Shown here: one piece after another, positions 13,865 through 27,574 of the stretch
Position numbering within the stretch: the first letter of the stretch is position 1
Layout: the number at the start of each line of letters is the position of its first letter
NCBI RefSeq assembly: GCF_006345805.1
Contig: NC_043006.1
Location: forward strand, 42,036,001 to 42,100,000
Reading direction: 5' to 3'
DNA from: Octopus sinensis
Lineage: Eukaryota
Length of the DNA: 64,000 nt
Position numbers and translations under genes: made by a program
The notes under the pieces: generated by a model
Database searches by the model: none
What the model was told of the DNA's origin: nothing
The model's input: the letters and a program-made list of their open reading frames with translations, nothing else

Positions 13865-14093
13865 GGGCGGTGAGCTGACATAAACGTTAGCACGCCGGGC
13901 GAAATGCGTAGCCGTATTTCGTCTGCCGTTACGTTCTGAGTTCAAATTCCGCCGAGGTCGACTTTGCCTTTCATCCTTTCGGGGTCGATAAATTAAGTAC
14001 CAGTTACTGGGGTCGATGTAATCGACTTAATCCGTTTGTCTGTCCTTGTTTGTCCCCTCTGTGTTTAGCCCCTTGTGGGTAGTAAAGAAATAG
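13865..14093 (+). mobile_element. SINE family B, single module, 17-bp TSD
   Basis: TSD GTATCTGTTTCTCTTTA at 13848-13864 and 14094-14110. Confidence 0.92.
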
Positions 14094-14433
14094 GTATCTG
14101 TTTCTCTTTATAGTATGTCGTGCCTGCATCACTTTAGAGTTTTAATGGTACTCATTGTCCCAAAATGAATGTCTTCTGAACTAATGTCGATGCTTAAATA
14201 CTGGTGAGTCGATCCAGTAGATTGAGCCTTACATCACTGAAAGGGCCGATGCGCTGTAAAGCCGTCAAGCGGAAGAACTTGAAATGATGCGCTTTCTTCC
14301 CTGATGACCTCTGAAAGCTGTCGGCGTTTGGTATGCGGAGCTTTTAATTGGTAACACTTGGACAAGGAAGTGGTTAGCAAGTCTCTCTTTATATTGCACT
14401 GTTCATATGTGCGTGTGTTCTTTATATTGGTTT

Positions 14434-14545
14434 CAATTTTTGGCACGAAGCTAGCAGATTCAGAGGAGAGTAAGTTCTCAACTGGTAATGTTATTGACCC
14501 CGAAAGAACGTAAAAACGTGCGAACGAAACTGCCAGCTCGCTGCC
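14434..14545 (-). mobile_element. Degenerate, deleted SINE B
   Basis: TTGACCCCGAAAG and CTGCCAGCTCGCTGCC match the reverse complement of family B. Confidence 0.55.
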
Positions 14546-16044
14546 TTTAATGTTCCCTATACTGAAATGTTATTTTTATTGACATTTAATCTCAATTCAG
14601 CCCTAATTAATTAATCTAAATGATTATAGAAGTTCCATTGGTTCCAGCTGTGCCCATTCCGTCTGCTCGTCTCTTCTTTTATGGTCAAACTTTTCTTCAA
14701 GGTCCAAACTTTTTAACGTCCCCTTTCTTTAGATTTCAATCTGATTAGATGCAAGTGATATGAGGAAGATTTGTCTGTTCTTTCTTGCATGTTGATAAAC
14801 TACGAAGAATTTGGATTTTCTTTATAACTTGGATCTTCATTCTCCACTTTCAATTTACGTTATTCCGATTCTTTTTTGAATATTCATTATTCAATATCCG
14901 TTGAATTCCAGCCGACATGAAAGAGAAAAACTATTTCATTTTCAGGAATCAATGCCACGAACGAGTTAGTTGAGTAGTTGAACAACTCACATTTCATCAT
15001 ATGACACATGCAAATGACAATGTTTTCTCTAGAAAAAAATCCATGAATTATATCGACAATGAAAAAGGAGTATATTGAATAATTACAAATGTGGGATAGG
15101 TTTTTTGTTCTTTTTGCCAAAATAAAGAAAAAAATTAATCCAAAAGCAAAGACGTGATAGTTGCTGTTCTTCAAAGTTAATCCGTCTTTTTTATCTCCCA
15201 ACGTCAATGTATCAGCAAATCAGATTTCACTAATCTGTCTTGGAGAATTCTTTACTATTTGATGTTTTAGTTATTATGTATGCCAGTGACGACGTTGTAC
15301 TTATCACATTGTCTCATAGCATACGAGAGTATTAAATGGACCAAACGGAAAAGGCAAGTCGGTTATATGATTTCTGAAGCGAGTAAACTAAAAGCGTAGG
15401 CGTAGCTGTCCGGAAAAGAAGTTCGTTTCCCAATCACGTGGTTTCGTGTTCAGTCCCAGTTCGCGAAAATTTGGACACGTGACCTCTACACTTCCCCAGG
15501 TTCCACTAATGTCTAATGAGGGAATTCCGTAGTGGGAAATTACTGGGAAGCCCGTCTTAAGTATATATATAAATAAGTAACGTAAAGGTACAGATGTCAA
15601 TTCATTACGGCCGTTTCAAGTGGCTCTTTAATTGATAAATGATAACTTTACATCATTGCAAAGAAACCGATTTCGTCAGATGACTGCATGAACTTCAAAC
15701 ATAAAGGACAATTCAATTGATTAAACGTAGTCACAAGTGCACGGAGTCAAAATATTTACACTGATTCTGTTGCTATTTTGTTGCCAGAATATAAATATTT
15801 TAATATAAAGTCTGAATAACCAGGAGCGGATCTCTTCACTCAGCTGGGTCGTATTATCTGCATACCCTGCAAGAATATCAGGTGTTGGCACCGATTTTGA
15901 TATTCACTTAATATTGTTTGGGTGTGCATATTATCATGCTTGAAACTGAAGAATACCAACAAATTTGAATCAAACTGTTTTGTTCCATTCATGTGACACC
16001 CCATAAATTGGTTGACAGCCCTTCTTTCGTTATTCCACTCACTC

Positions 16045-16099
<55 letters not shown>

Positions 16100-16769
16100 G
16101 AGAGAGAGAGAGAGCGATAGATAGATAGATAGATAAGTGTGTGTGTCTGTGTGTCTGTGTGTGAGAGTGTGTGCAAAGAAATATTAAAGGGACGCCCACG
16201 CAAAAAGCACGATCAGAAACTGATACACGATCAGAAATATATGTATCCTGACATATATTGTATTCTGATAGGTAATAATCCCATCCATTAACTTCATTAA
16301 ATCTTTGTCACATTTCCGATTTGTTAAATAAATCTTTTTCGTTTACGATAATAAATCATGTTTACATACTACCTTACTTAAGACAAACCTTATAATTGTG
16401 CACTCCGAATATTCAGATAGGGAGGCTACATTTATTTGTTTGTTCTAAAGTTGTTTTTCTGTTGTTTTTATTGTTGTTTTTACCATAATGTGAAATATTA
16501 CCAGCGAGTCAATAAGAATAATTGGGATAATAATGATAATAAGCATTACATTATTTGCCACAAGCGCGATGGGTGAGCAGACATTGCTTTGACAAATTAC
16601 ACAGAATCGATGTTGAAAGAACAGGCATGGTAAACATTATTAGTATGTAAAATAAATAAAAAGAGAAATAACTAATAAGAACATTATTAAAGAATGTGTT
16701 AACGATGGCGAATAGATGGACAACGATGAAAGGAGAAAACAAGAATGAGAAAGATCTGAAGAAAATGGA

Positions 16770-17180
16770 ATGGCATATAGATGCAATATGTAGAGGTGAC
16801 GATGACGACGGTGAGTAGTAGTAGTAGTACTGGTTGTGATGGTGGTGGTGGTGGTGGTGGTGGTGGTGTGGTGGTGGTGGTTTTGGTAGTAGGGAAAAAG
16901 ATGGGGCAGGAAAAGAAGAGGAGAATGGTAGAAAAGTGGAGGGAACGTAATGTAGAAGAGAAGGGTTGGGATGTAGAGGAGGACGAGGAGGAGGAGTGAA
17001 GGAGAAGGTGATAGATATATTATGGCAGTGACGGTGATAGTGTGGAGATGATGATGATGACTATGTGGTTGATGATGACGATGATGATGACGATGAGGAT
17101 AATGATGGCGGTGATGATGTGGTTGATGATGATGATGATGAGGAGAGGAGGAGGAGGAGGAGGAGGCCGACGACGACGGC
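16770..17180. repeat. Low-complexity trinucleotide region (GGT/GAT/GAG/GAC)
   Basis: Directly visible; explains the poly-His/Asp/Gly ORFs. Confidence 0.85.
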
Positions 17181-17666
17181 GATGGAAAGTTATTTGGTAA
17201 AGGTATTGATGAATTATGACTCACCACATAGGAGAAATAAAAATGTAAATATATTTATCATCAATCATGGAATAGCGAAGTAGATTTAGGAATCGTTACA
17301 ATAAAAACAGACACAAAGTGAATAGAGAATGTTCGAGATGACGTGGAATACCTTTACGGATCTGTGTTAGTGGCGGGAATGAAAGCAGTCATGGATAACT
17401 TATTGATGTGATTAAACTGAAGTCCATTAAAAATGTATGTTTTGTGTTGGAGAGATGCTTGTGGAAGCCGTGAGTTAATGAAAACAGAGTAGAGCTTAGA
17501 GATTGCTTTTATTTTTTTTAACTGTGATGATAACCACATAAGGATATACCGAGTTAGAAGAAATTATTCCTCTGTCCTGTTTAAACACATCTAAGGGTAG
17601 AACGGAGTTAAAATATAACCAGTACACTAAGTGTTATGTTAACAACAAATTTATAATGAACATGTA

Positions 17667-17871
17667 GGCGTAGGTGTGGCTGTGTATAGGTGTAGGAGTG
17701 GCTGTGTGGTAAGTAGCTTGCTTACCAACCACATGGTTCCGGGTTCAGTCCCACTGCGTGGCACCTGGGGCAAGTGTCTTCTACTATAGCTTCAAGCCGA
17801 CCAAAGCCTTGTGAGTGGATTTGGTAGACAGAAACTGAAAGAAGCCCGTTGTATATATGTATATATATGTG

Positions 17872-17914
<43 letters not shown>

Positions 17915-18110
17915 GTCCCCCCCAACATCGCTTGATAACCGATGCTGGTGTGTTTACGTCCTCGTAACTTAGCGGTTCGGCATAAGAGACCGATAGAATA
18001 AGTACTAGGCTTACAAAGAATAAGTCCTGGGGTCAATTTTCTCGACTAAAGGCGGTGCTCCAGCATGGCCACAGTCAAACGACTGAAACAAGTAAAAGAG
18101 TAAAAGAGTA
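17667..18110 (+). mobile_element. SINE family A, full length, with a duplicated 5' start
   Basis: TAGGCGTAGGTGTGGCTGTGT precedes TAGGTGTAGGAGTGGCTGTGTGG; (AAAGAGT)n tail. Confidence 0.92.
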
Positions 18111-19379
18111 TAAAATCTGCTACGTTTTGAAACGTCAAGAGATTGTACAGAAATATAACGAGACAATCAGGTTGCTTCGATCTTTCTTTGAGAAAACCAG
18201 CATTTTCAGACTTTTATGTAAATCCGTTGCTACATAGTCCAGTGCATCCATGGTGGTAGTTTCTCATTACTTCGTAGGTTTTCTCTGTTTCTACAATTTT
18301 TGATGAAACATTCACATCCATCAGACAACTGATCACTACAACAGTATATGATTTTTTTTGCTTCCTGTTCCATCGACCAACATTTAGTCAATTGTTTTAA
18401 CATTAGTTTCTTGTTTTTTATTGGAACGATTCACCAGTAGTTTTCGTATGCTTTTGGTATGATCTTCAGGATAATTCCTCTCGCGGATAGTATTGTAGAT
18501 GCTTTTAGTGACAAAGTTATATTTCATGGAAATACTTTGCATTTTTGAACAGCTGCTATAGATTTGGGTGATATCTTTTATGCTCTCGTGTATGCGTGTA
18601 TGAATATGTTGTTGTGAGTCTTATCGTTACATCTTGTCATAGAATAGTTAAGGAATGTACATCTACCCATAATTATATAGACAGGGGCTTCGAGGCATCA
18701 TTATTAACCTTCTTGATCAGGTATTTATTAAGTATCTCAAGTTCCTGGATACCAAAGGTGTAGTCTTATGGTTGAGGCATGATGATTCTATCGCAAGTCC
18801 AGAAGCTACCGTCCTTGTCAATAATATTAATATTCTCTTTTAGCGAGATATGTACCCATGCATAACTTTCTGATTCTATGATGAGTATTTCTCATATAAG
18901 TTTGTCTTTAATTAGGTTTGTCTACCTCCCTTTGGTTCACATGAAACAACTGTTCATTCAGAGTAGCTATTCAGGAGTTCTTCGCCTAATCACACGAAAC
19001 CATTATTTTCGATGTTGAGTATAGACGTGATGTACTGATTTCTCTCATTACTCTTTGTAACGTTAGAAGATGGTTTAGCTGAGGTGTTTTCTATCGTAAA
19101 GACAAGAAGTAGTGATTCTGCTGTTTCGTACACATAGTGGTACATACTTCTGTGTATTGTGTTTATATAACTTTTTCTGGTGATCATTGATATTGAAGTG
19201 GCAATGTTAATGTAGAACTAAATAACTTTCGTTGTATTCTTGTGGAAATGTTTTGTGTTATCTATACAAAATAAGGAAATGGTTCTGCATTTCATATACA
19301 ACAATATTTGCTACACTAGGACTGAAAAAGATAATTTTTGCCGATATGCGCATTGCCCTTCGTCCTTTGGTTCTATTAT

Positions 19380-19629
19380 CTGTTTCAGCCATTGGACTGC
19401 GACTATGATACGGCACCCTCCTCAAAGGTTTAGTTAATTAAATTGACACCAGATTGTATTTGCTTTATAACCTGCTTCTTATTCTATCAGTTTCTTGTGG
19501 CCAGTCAATAAGTTACAAGACTAAAAAAATCAACACCATTTGTCAAGAGATGGGGTAGACAAACACACGGAGACATAAATTCACACACATACACAAAAAC
19601 ACACCCACACACCCACTCACCCATCCACA

Positions 19630-19685
<56 letters not shown>
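19380..19685 (-). mobile_element. Degenerate SINE A tail plus (CA)n(TA)n
   Basis: GTTTCAGCCATTGGACTGCG and TGTCAAGAGATGGGG..ACAAACACAC match the family A tail. Confidence 0.6.
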
Positions 19686-19686
<1 letters not shown>

Positions 19687-19941
19687 CATTTGTTTAAAGG
19701 ACACAATACATGTCTTTAAGAACTACTGATCGTTTCATACGTTGAGAAAAAATCCCGAACTTATTCATCAGATGCAAACCACATAGTATGACGAACCAAA
19801 AAAAATTTAATAATACAAAAAACGTAAAATTCTGAGAAGGCAGTATATAGAAAACGCGGAAGGTCAAAATAATATTTATCTCTCACCTAATGGAGCACCT
19901 TTTTGTTGAATTTTATATCACGGAACAGTACATTGTATATA

Positions 19942-20337
19942 TCTTTATATATAAAAGAGAAGTTGTGTGTCTGTCTCCTACTATTTAAATTCCTAACTAC
20001 TCCCACATTTTGCGGTGCAGTTTAATCAAAACCGGGTATCTTATAGTCGTGATTCATATCGAGCCCTTCTGGGTATTAGCGCGCGTCTACGATGAGTCTA
20101 CGATTTAAAAAAAAATTCGCCATCATTTTTTTCCATTTTAATGCATTTTTTCGGTATTATAAGGGAAGTAACTCTCTAAAAATGTCTACGATGAGTCAAC
20201 GATTTAAAAAAGAAATTACTATCATTTTTTTTCCATTTTTAATGCATTTTTTTGCTATTTTTTGGCTATAACTCTTTAAAAATGCTTATATAGTTATTTC
20301 CCTTACAAACCCGAGCAACGCCGGGCGATACTGCTAG
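19942..20337 (+). mobile_element. Non-autonomous Helitron (~396 bp)
   Basis: A|TCTTTATATATAAAAG 5' end, subterminal hairpin CCCGAGCAACGCCGGG, CTAG|T 3' end, inserted at an AT. Internal ~100-bp tandem duplication (about 20085-20283). Confidence 0.88.
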
Positions 20338-20373
<36 letters not shown>

Positions 20374-20415
20374 CAAAATATAAATAAGGGCAAAAGAAAA
20401 ACGATTTCTATGCAT

Positions 20416-20678
20416 ATATGCTGAGAACAGACTTTAAATCGTCAATCACCACATACGATATACACCACTATGAATACACGTCGTGCTGAAATCGAGGAAG
20501 GCAAGCATACAGAATATTTTTTAATGCGTTATCTCATTTCGGGATTAATCCAACGGATTTTCCCTCATCCGTAGAGAATTCTGTTAGCTAGCCTTGCTCG
20601 ATTTGAGCACGACGTGTATTCATAGTCATGTATATATTGTATGTGGTGATGACGATTTAAAGTCTATTCTCAGCATAT
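20416..20678. mobile_element. Foldback/MITE-like element with ~87-bp imperfect terminal inverted repeats
   Basis: ATATGCTGAGAACAGACTTTAAATCGTC..CACGTCGTGCT.AAATCGAG (20416-20502) is the reverse complement of 20591-20678. Confidence 0.75.
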
Positions 20679-20803
20679 TGGCAAAGAAATCTTTTTTCTT
20701 TTGTCCTTATTTATAATTGTTCATAATCTTCACCATAAATGTATTTTAATATGCTGGCCACTTTGATGAAATATTTGGAAAAATATTTTATCCTATATTA
20801 GAA

Positions 20804-20844
<41 letters not shown>

Positions 20845-21219
20845 ACAGGTTTCTGCACAGTTTTCCTCAAAATTCTCTCACAATGAAGTTGTAGGAATTG
20901 TAGGTTCGGAGCTAGAGCAGAAGACATTGAGTGGAACTGAACCCGAAATCACGTGCTTGTAAACGAAACTGGTATCAATACAGCTATGTCGTATTTATCA
21001 TATTTTATTTTGAAAGCTTCAGCTTAACTGTTATTATGCTGTTAAAAAGTACGGCTGAAAGACTTTTGGTCAAAATATGTCAGAAATACGTTTTTTATTG
21101 CAGACCAGATTTTGTTGGATTCACAACTAGGAATGAGAGATTAGATATAATAAAACCAACAGGAACTTTTCATTGAACACGCTATAGGAATGATATTTGA
21201 ATTTAATATTTTTATTATA

Positions 21220-21376
21220 GACATGGCTATGTGATAAGAAGTTTGCTTTCCAACGACATGGTTCCAGGCTCAGTTTCACTGCGTGGTATCTTGGTTGTTG
21301 TCTCCTATAGCCCTGGGTTGACCAGTGCCTTGTAAGTGGATTCAGTAGACAGAAACTGTGTTGAAACCAGTCGTAA

Positions 21377-21408
<32 letters not shown>

Positions 21409-21604
21409 GTATGTATATTTGTCTCCCACCATGGATTCACATGGTTTGTTTACGTCCCTGTAACTTAGCAGTACAGTAAAATGAGGAAAAATAGAATAAA
21501 TACTAGGCTTTAAAAATCAGTTCTGAGGGGAATCTGTTTAACTAAAGGCCTCGGGGTTGTTCCCCAGCATGGCCGCAGTCCAATGACTAAAACAAATAAA
21601 AAAA
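21220..21604 (+). mobile_element. SINE family A, diverged
   Basis: Head, (TA)n and CCAGCATGGCCGCAGTCCAATGACT tail. Confidence 0.8.
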
Positions 21605-21763
21605 AGTAGCCCTTGTTGCTTCTTATATTGAAACGATCGCAGATCTGTTTATTTTATGTGAATGGAGTATGTTGAAGTAACGTGTGTATACATATGCCTG
21701 TATCTAGTTTGCATTGTATTGGTAATATTTTATGTAATATATGTTACACTATATATTTATAAT

Positions 21764-22140
21764 GGAAGCGCAATGGCCCAATGGTTAGGGGAGCGGACTC
21801 ACGGTCATAGGATAACGGTTTCCCAGACTAGACCAGGCGTTGTGAGTGTTTATTGAGCGAAAGCACTCAAAGCTCCAAGAGGCTCCGGCAGGGAGTTTTG
21901 GCGTACTCTGTTGTACTCTTTCACCACAACTTTCTCCCACTCTTTCTTCCTGTTTCTGTTGTACCTGTATTTCAAAGGGCCAGCCTTGTCACACTCTGTG
22001 TCACGCTGAATCTCCCCGAGAACTACGTTAAGGGTACACGTGTCTGTTGAGTGCTCAGCCATTTGCACGTTAATTTCACGAGCAGGCTGTTCCGTTCATC
22101 GGATCAACTGGAACCCTCGTCGTCGTAACCGACGAAGTGC
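21764..22140 (+). mobile_element. Chimeric SINE: family D head/middle plus family C tail
   Basis: The 5' half matches 25533-25710. The 3' half (TGTATTTCAAAGGG...CTCGTCGTCGTAACCGACG) matches 41870-42045. Confidence 0.82.
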
Positions 22141-22439
22141 CGTAGTACTATATTTATATGAAATATTTGTGATTTCAGTTATGTTTATATACACTTTGGT
22201 TATTTTTCACCCCAGAACCGCCACAATATTTTCAATGCTATAAGATGTTATTAATTTTCCATTAGTTATGTTTAAGGCATTCAAGATATTTGCCATACCT
22301 TTCTTTGTGCTACCAAAATTTTACTTTGATTTTTGAATAGAAGACATTTTAAAATGGAGCGATAGCCAATCATTAGCAATTTGAATGGCTTTTTCTAATG
22401 TATCCCATCATAATTATTAATATTAGTATCATTTTTAGT

Positions 22440-22445
22440 AGTTAC

Positions 22446-22476
<31 letters not shown>

Positions 22477-22540
22477 TATTATTATTATGATTATCATTAT
22501 TATTAATATGGTTATCATCAATATCATTGCTACTACTACT

Positions 22541-22600
<60 letters not shown>
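22440..22600. repeat. (ATT)n and (AAT)n microsatellites
   Basis: Directly visible. Confidence 0.95.
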
Positions 22601-22601
<1 letters not shown>

Positions 22602-22943
22602 GCAACAATGATTTATGTCGTCAAATTCGTAGTATTATTAAATATTTTAATAATGATTAGAATATCGATGAAATCGCTCATACGTTTACTGGCATTAGAT
22701 TATTAGATTTATTTTCAAAAGAACAAATATGTTTGAATGTGTATGTGTGTGGTGGAGAGATAGAGACCAGGAAATACATCAGAAAGAGAAAAGGAGAGGG
22801 AGAGAGAGAGAGAGGAAATATTTATGTGTATATAAGTATGTGTGCATGTGGTTGTATGCGTGTATACGTATGTTGTTGCGAGTCTTATCTTTACATCTTC
22901 TCATGAAATATTTAAGGAATATATAAACTCACATCCATCCATA

Positions 22944-22977
<34 letters not shown>

Positions 22978-22990
22978 ACACACACAACAC

Positions 22991-23027
<37 letters not shown>

Positions 23028-23093
23028 ACATCTATTTGTGCATGCATAAATATACATATAGAGAGAGAGGGGGGGGGGAGAAAGGGGAAGAAC

Positions 23094-23235
<142 letters not shown>

Positions 23236-24506
23236 ATACATCTATAAATTTATACATATATATAAACATATATAGGTATTCGAATTGTGTATAACGTTAT
23301 ACATATATTTGTATATAGTTCTGTGAATGTATGTGAGTATGCGCGGGTGTGTGTGTGTGTATATGTATAGGCATATGTGCATGGTTTCGGGAATTAATGT
23401 ATGTTCCGATGTCATAAAGCTGATTATTGTAAAGATTTTATATTGTAATAGATGTGTAGACGAAATATTCCATATCCTCATGAATACAGATCAATCGGTT
23501 ATATTTATAATTCCCTGGTGCGATGTTCAAATTAATAGGCGGTTTCTTGAATTAATCATTCCACACGATTAATTAGGTCAATTTCGTTAACGTTATACTC
23601 ATTTCAAAGCAATAAGATTATCATTAATGTCATTCTTAATATTATTAAACGGGAATAATCTCCAATATGGTCTGCAATGATTATATAAATGGATATATAT
23701 GTACATAATGAGAGATAAATGTGGCGGGGGGAAAATAACACGAACATATTAATAATATATAAAATGATTTTAGCATCCGGAAGAAACGAAAATAAAGCAA
23801 ACATTTTAAATCTCCAGATTACAATAATCTATATGCTTTGAGTTAGAGTTTAAAGTTTTGCATTCCTTTTCCGTAAAGTGGTTTAAGTTTTGTACTTATT
23901 CAAGTGTATTGTTTCGTTAAAAATCATATAATCTGATATCTTAATGGGAAATAAGAATGAAAAGTTGTAATGTAGCAAAGTAATGCTTCTGCCAAGGGCA
24001 TCGTTGATTTTAAGCAAAAAAGAAAACCAGAATATACTTAAGAATACATTATTGTAGTATGCTTATTATACGTATTCAATATTTTTGAAATAAAATACAT
24101 AAAATGTACACTTACTTCAATTCACATAATTGAAACTTCGTTAGACAATATTGCATTTGATGTAATTTTGACTGTTGTGTAACCTCGGTTAGTAAAATAG
24201 TAGGCTCAAATGTTAAGGGAACTAAACAGCGAATGCAATGTTAATAGCTAAAGACCACAAGGTGATCATAGATTGTCAAACGATGGGCAATGATATAGAG
24301 TGTTCGTTCACCGTTATTCGGTAAATGTTCGTAGGTAAATGTTTCAAGCCATGACCATTGCAGAGACAGGTAAGATGAACTTGTTCGAAGAATAGCTGTA
24401 GATATTCCTCTGAAACTTATTTGCAGGGTAGATGCCATACGGTATTTGAGGATTAACAGTTATGCTTCTATCTCGTGTGTGAGTGTTATATATATACATA
24501 CATATA

Positions 24507-24587
24507 CATGGGACAAAACATATGCACGACATGCATTCACATCTATCATCGTGTGTATGTGTATATATATATATATATATATAATAT

Positions 24588-24633
<46 letters not shown>

Positions 24634-25310
24634 CATATACATGGGACAAAACATATGTACAACATGCATTCACCTCTATCATCGTGTGTATGTGTATATA
24701 TATATATATATGCCGGAGATGCCACGCAGTGGAACTGAACCTGGAACCATGTGATTGGGAATTAAGCTTCTTAGCCCACAGCCACGATCAAAAAACAAAT
24801 AGATAGATAGACAGAGAGATAGATGGATGGATGGATGGATGGACAGACAGACAGACAGACAAACAGATAGATATATAGATTATGGGTCAGATCGGTATAT
24901 ATTTCTTATATTTCTACTAAGTGAAGTAAATATACACTATATGTACAGTAGAAGATTATTATCAAAAGCTGACTCTACTTCAGTCGTTTCTCAGCGTTTC
25001 TCGCTTCCAGTTTTCAGGCGACTGATACTGGATTTCTAGGCCTTCTTTGCACATCACAGCACGAATATCTCTTGGCACCGGATAATGATTAAGCGACAGT
25101 GTATACGTGTATGTATATGTGTGTTTGTTTGTTTGTTTCTGTATGAGTTTATACGTGTATAGTTTATATGTGTGCGCGTACACCTATTTGGGTAATTCCA
25201 GAAACTCATAAGCAAATGTGTGCATGTATTTTTTATATAAATATATAAATGTCTGTGTATGTTTGTGGGACAAAACATATGCACGACATGCATTCACATC
25301 TATCATCGTG

Positions 25311-25316
<6 letters not shown>
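24507..25316 (+). repeat. Three copies of a ~55-bp module, each followed by (TA)n
   Basis: GGGACAAAACATATGCACGACATGCATTCACATCTATCATCGTG at about 24507, 24640 and 25266. Confidence 0.85.
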
Positions 25317-25394
<78 letters not shown>

Positions 25395-25532
25395 ATGTAT
25401 GTATGTATGTATGTATGTATGTATGTATGTATGTATGTATGTATGCATAAAACAAGCAAAGTAGCAAGTTAGAAAATCTCTATGAGAGATGAATATATAT
25501 AGTTACATATGTATATAGATAGGTAGATAGTA

Positions 25533-25840
25533 GAGGCACATGGCCTAGTGATTAGAGCAGCTGACTCGCTGTCGAGGAATCGCAGGTTCGAATCTCAGAC
25601 CGGGTGATGAGTGTGTTTATGAGCGAAACACCTAATCTCCACGTGGCTCCTGCAGAAGGTAATGGCGAACTTCTGCTGACTCTTTCGCCACAACTTTCTC
25701 TCACTCTTTCTTCCTGCATCTTGCAGTTCACCTGCGACGGACCCGCGTGCCGTCCAGGTGGGGAACCAATACGCCAAGGAAACCAGGAGACCGGCCCTTA
25801 TGAGCCAGGCGTGGCTCGAGACGGAACAAACAACAACAAC
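25533..25840 (+). mobile_element. SINE family D, full length
   Basis: A-box TGGCCTAGTG, B-box GGTTCGAATC, (AAC)n tail. Confidence 0.9.
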
Positions 25841-25983
25841 ATATAGATAGATAGATAGATAGATACATACATACATACATACATACATACATACATACAT
25901 ACATACATACGTATACATGTGTGTGGGTAGATAAATGTACTCATACTCATGTGTACCTATTTTGCATACACATACACACACAA

Positions 25984-26023
<40 letters not shown>

Positions 26024-26057
26024 TATATATAACATACGTACATAGTACTACTTGCCG

Positions 26058-26135
<78 letters not shown>

Positions 26136-26237
26136 ATATGTCCATACGCACATACGTGTGTGTTTTGTGTGTGTGAATGCACGCACGCGCACACGATGGT
26201 AACCAATAACCTTCCTTCGCTAATTCTCCTTTCTATG

Positions 26238-26445
26238 CTGAACTTTCTCTATTACAAAAGAACTAAGAGAGATAACAAAACTGGTTTGGTTTCAACAGAC
26301 TCGTGACCATTGGTGCGTGATTTCTTTATGAGTAACTTTTATACAGATATAAAAACCCTATCAGACGACACATCTCTGTTCATTCGTTTGTATCGAACCA
26401 AAGATGATCTTCAGAAGTTAAAAAATACAATCCATAGAAATCAAA
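26238..26445. repeat. ~185-bp segment duplicated at 35647-35832 (few differences) and partly at 36655-36728
   Basis: By eye, about 5 substitutions and two small indels versus the 35647 copy. Confidence 0.9.
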
Positions 26446-26528
26446 ATATTTTGGTTATTTTTCTTTCAGTTTGCGTGTTTAGTTAATTCCTGTTGTTGCC
26501 TTTTCCGCCGCTGTTGTTGTTATTGTTA

Positions 26529-26587
<59 letters not shown>

Positions 26588-26989
26588 TTCCAACATTATT
26601 AATAGCGTCTTGTATTTTGTTTTATGTCTCGTTGCTATCATTACGTCATTCATCACCATTATTGTCTGCAATGTTCTTCTGAAAAATGTGAAATAAAAGA
26701 AGTCATTCGGATTATTATTGTTATCATTGGTTGTTTGTATTATTATCAAATATTAATATTAAAATACTATCGAAACCATTACCGTTTTATGATTAATATC
26801 TAATACAGGTGAGGGGTTGATAGGAACCAATGGCAAGAACTAGTGTGAGGACTCTTTAAACAGAGCAATTAGAGTAGAATTTAAAGAACTTTGCAAAGAA
26901 GAAAAATTAGAGAAAATATATAACAGAGAGGAACCCAGAGAGAATATTAAAGGAGGTAATTAAGAAAAGCCTCACGAACGACTTACTAG

Positions 26990-27240
26990 CGGCGAGAATC
27001 TGGCCTGGCGAAGATGCACCAACAGTGGTACCACCTCCTACGAACAGAAGATTGCAAAAGGCAGAATATGCCAGTCCAGAGGCAACTCATTGCCTTCAGT
27101 CCCAACAGGCCATCAGTGCCCGACCTACGGCAGATCGTTCCAAGCACGCATCGGACTGATTGGCCACAGCCGAACACGCCGTACCCGTCTTCTTCCCCTA
27201 GGTGTTGTTCTTGTTCATCGTCAACAAAGACCAATTGTCT
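26990..27240 (+). mobile_element. RTE-clade LINE 3' fragment
   Basis: CPTYGRSFQARIGLIGHSRT resembles the terminal CxxC...RIGLxSH motif of RTE ORFs; followed by GTTCATCGTCAAC. Confidence 0.7.
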
Positions 27241-27574
27241 AAAGCAGCAAGAGCACTCGACTATTTCTTCAACACAAAACAGGAAAGTTTCATTGTTAGA
27301 GTTAAAATAATTGTCTTAGACGGGAAGAAATGAAAGACATTCCATGGAACTTGATTGTATGGCTACGACGTGGGGATAATGTCACAATTCGCGGGGTGGC
27401 ATTGTTATATTCCACTCAGCTGTATAATAAGTACCGGTGAATTTAACCCTACGAGAGACCGCTGTCTCGTTCAATGTGGAATGTTGTAATCTCAGTTACT
27501 TCTGCACCATGGAAACTGGGCTGAAATCCAGCCTTATCAGTCCTGAAGCTCGTGGTGAACCTAAAGTAATCGAC

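Noticed and set aside
14318-14340. CTGATGA-CCTCT-GAAA
   Set aside because: No helix II, I or III pairing; chance match.
16640-17283. His/Thr/Asp-rich ORFs of 72-195 aa
   Set aside because: Compound trinucleotide low-complexity sequence, open on both strands, with no domain.
18230-19230. Possible Penelope ORF remnant on the minus strand (RERNYPEDH..; IDKDGSF)
   Set aside because: Only scattered short resemblances with many stops; needs a translated search.
24980-25100. NHYPVPRDIRAVMCKEGLEIQYQSPENWKRETLRND as an exon
   Set aside because: No recognisable homology, and other frames are equally open.
26380-26420. Minus-strand CTGAAGA...CAAAC as a hammerhead (also about 35800)
   Set aside because: The GAAA core is absent and there is no helix I.
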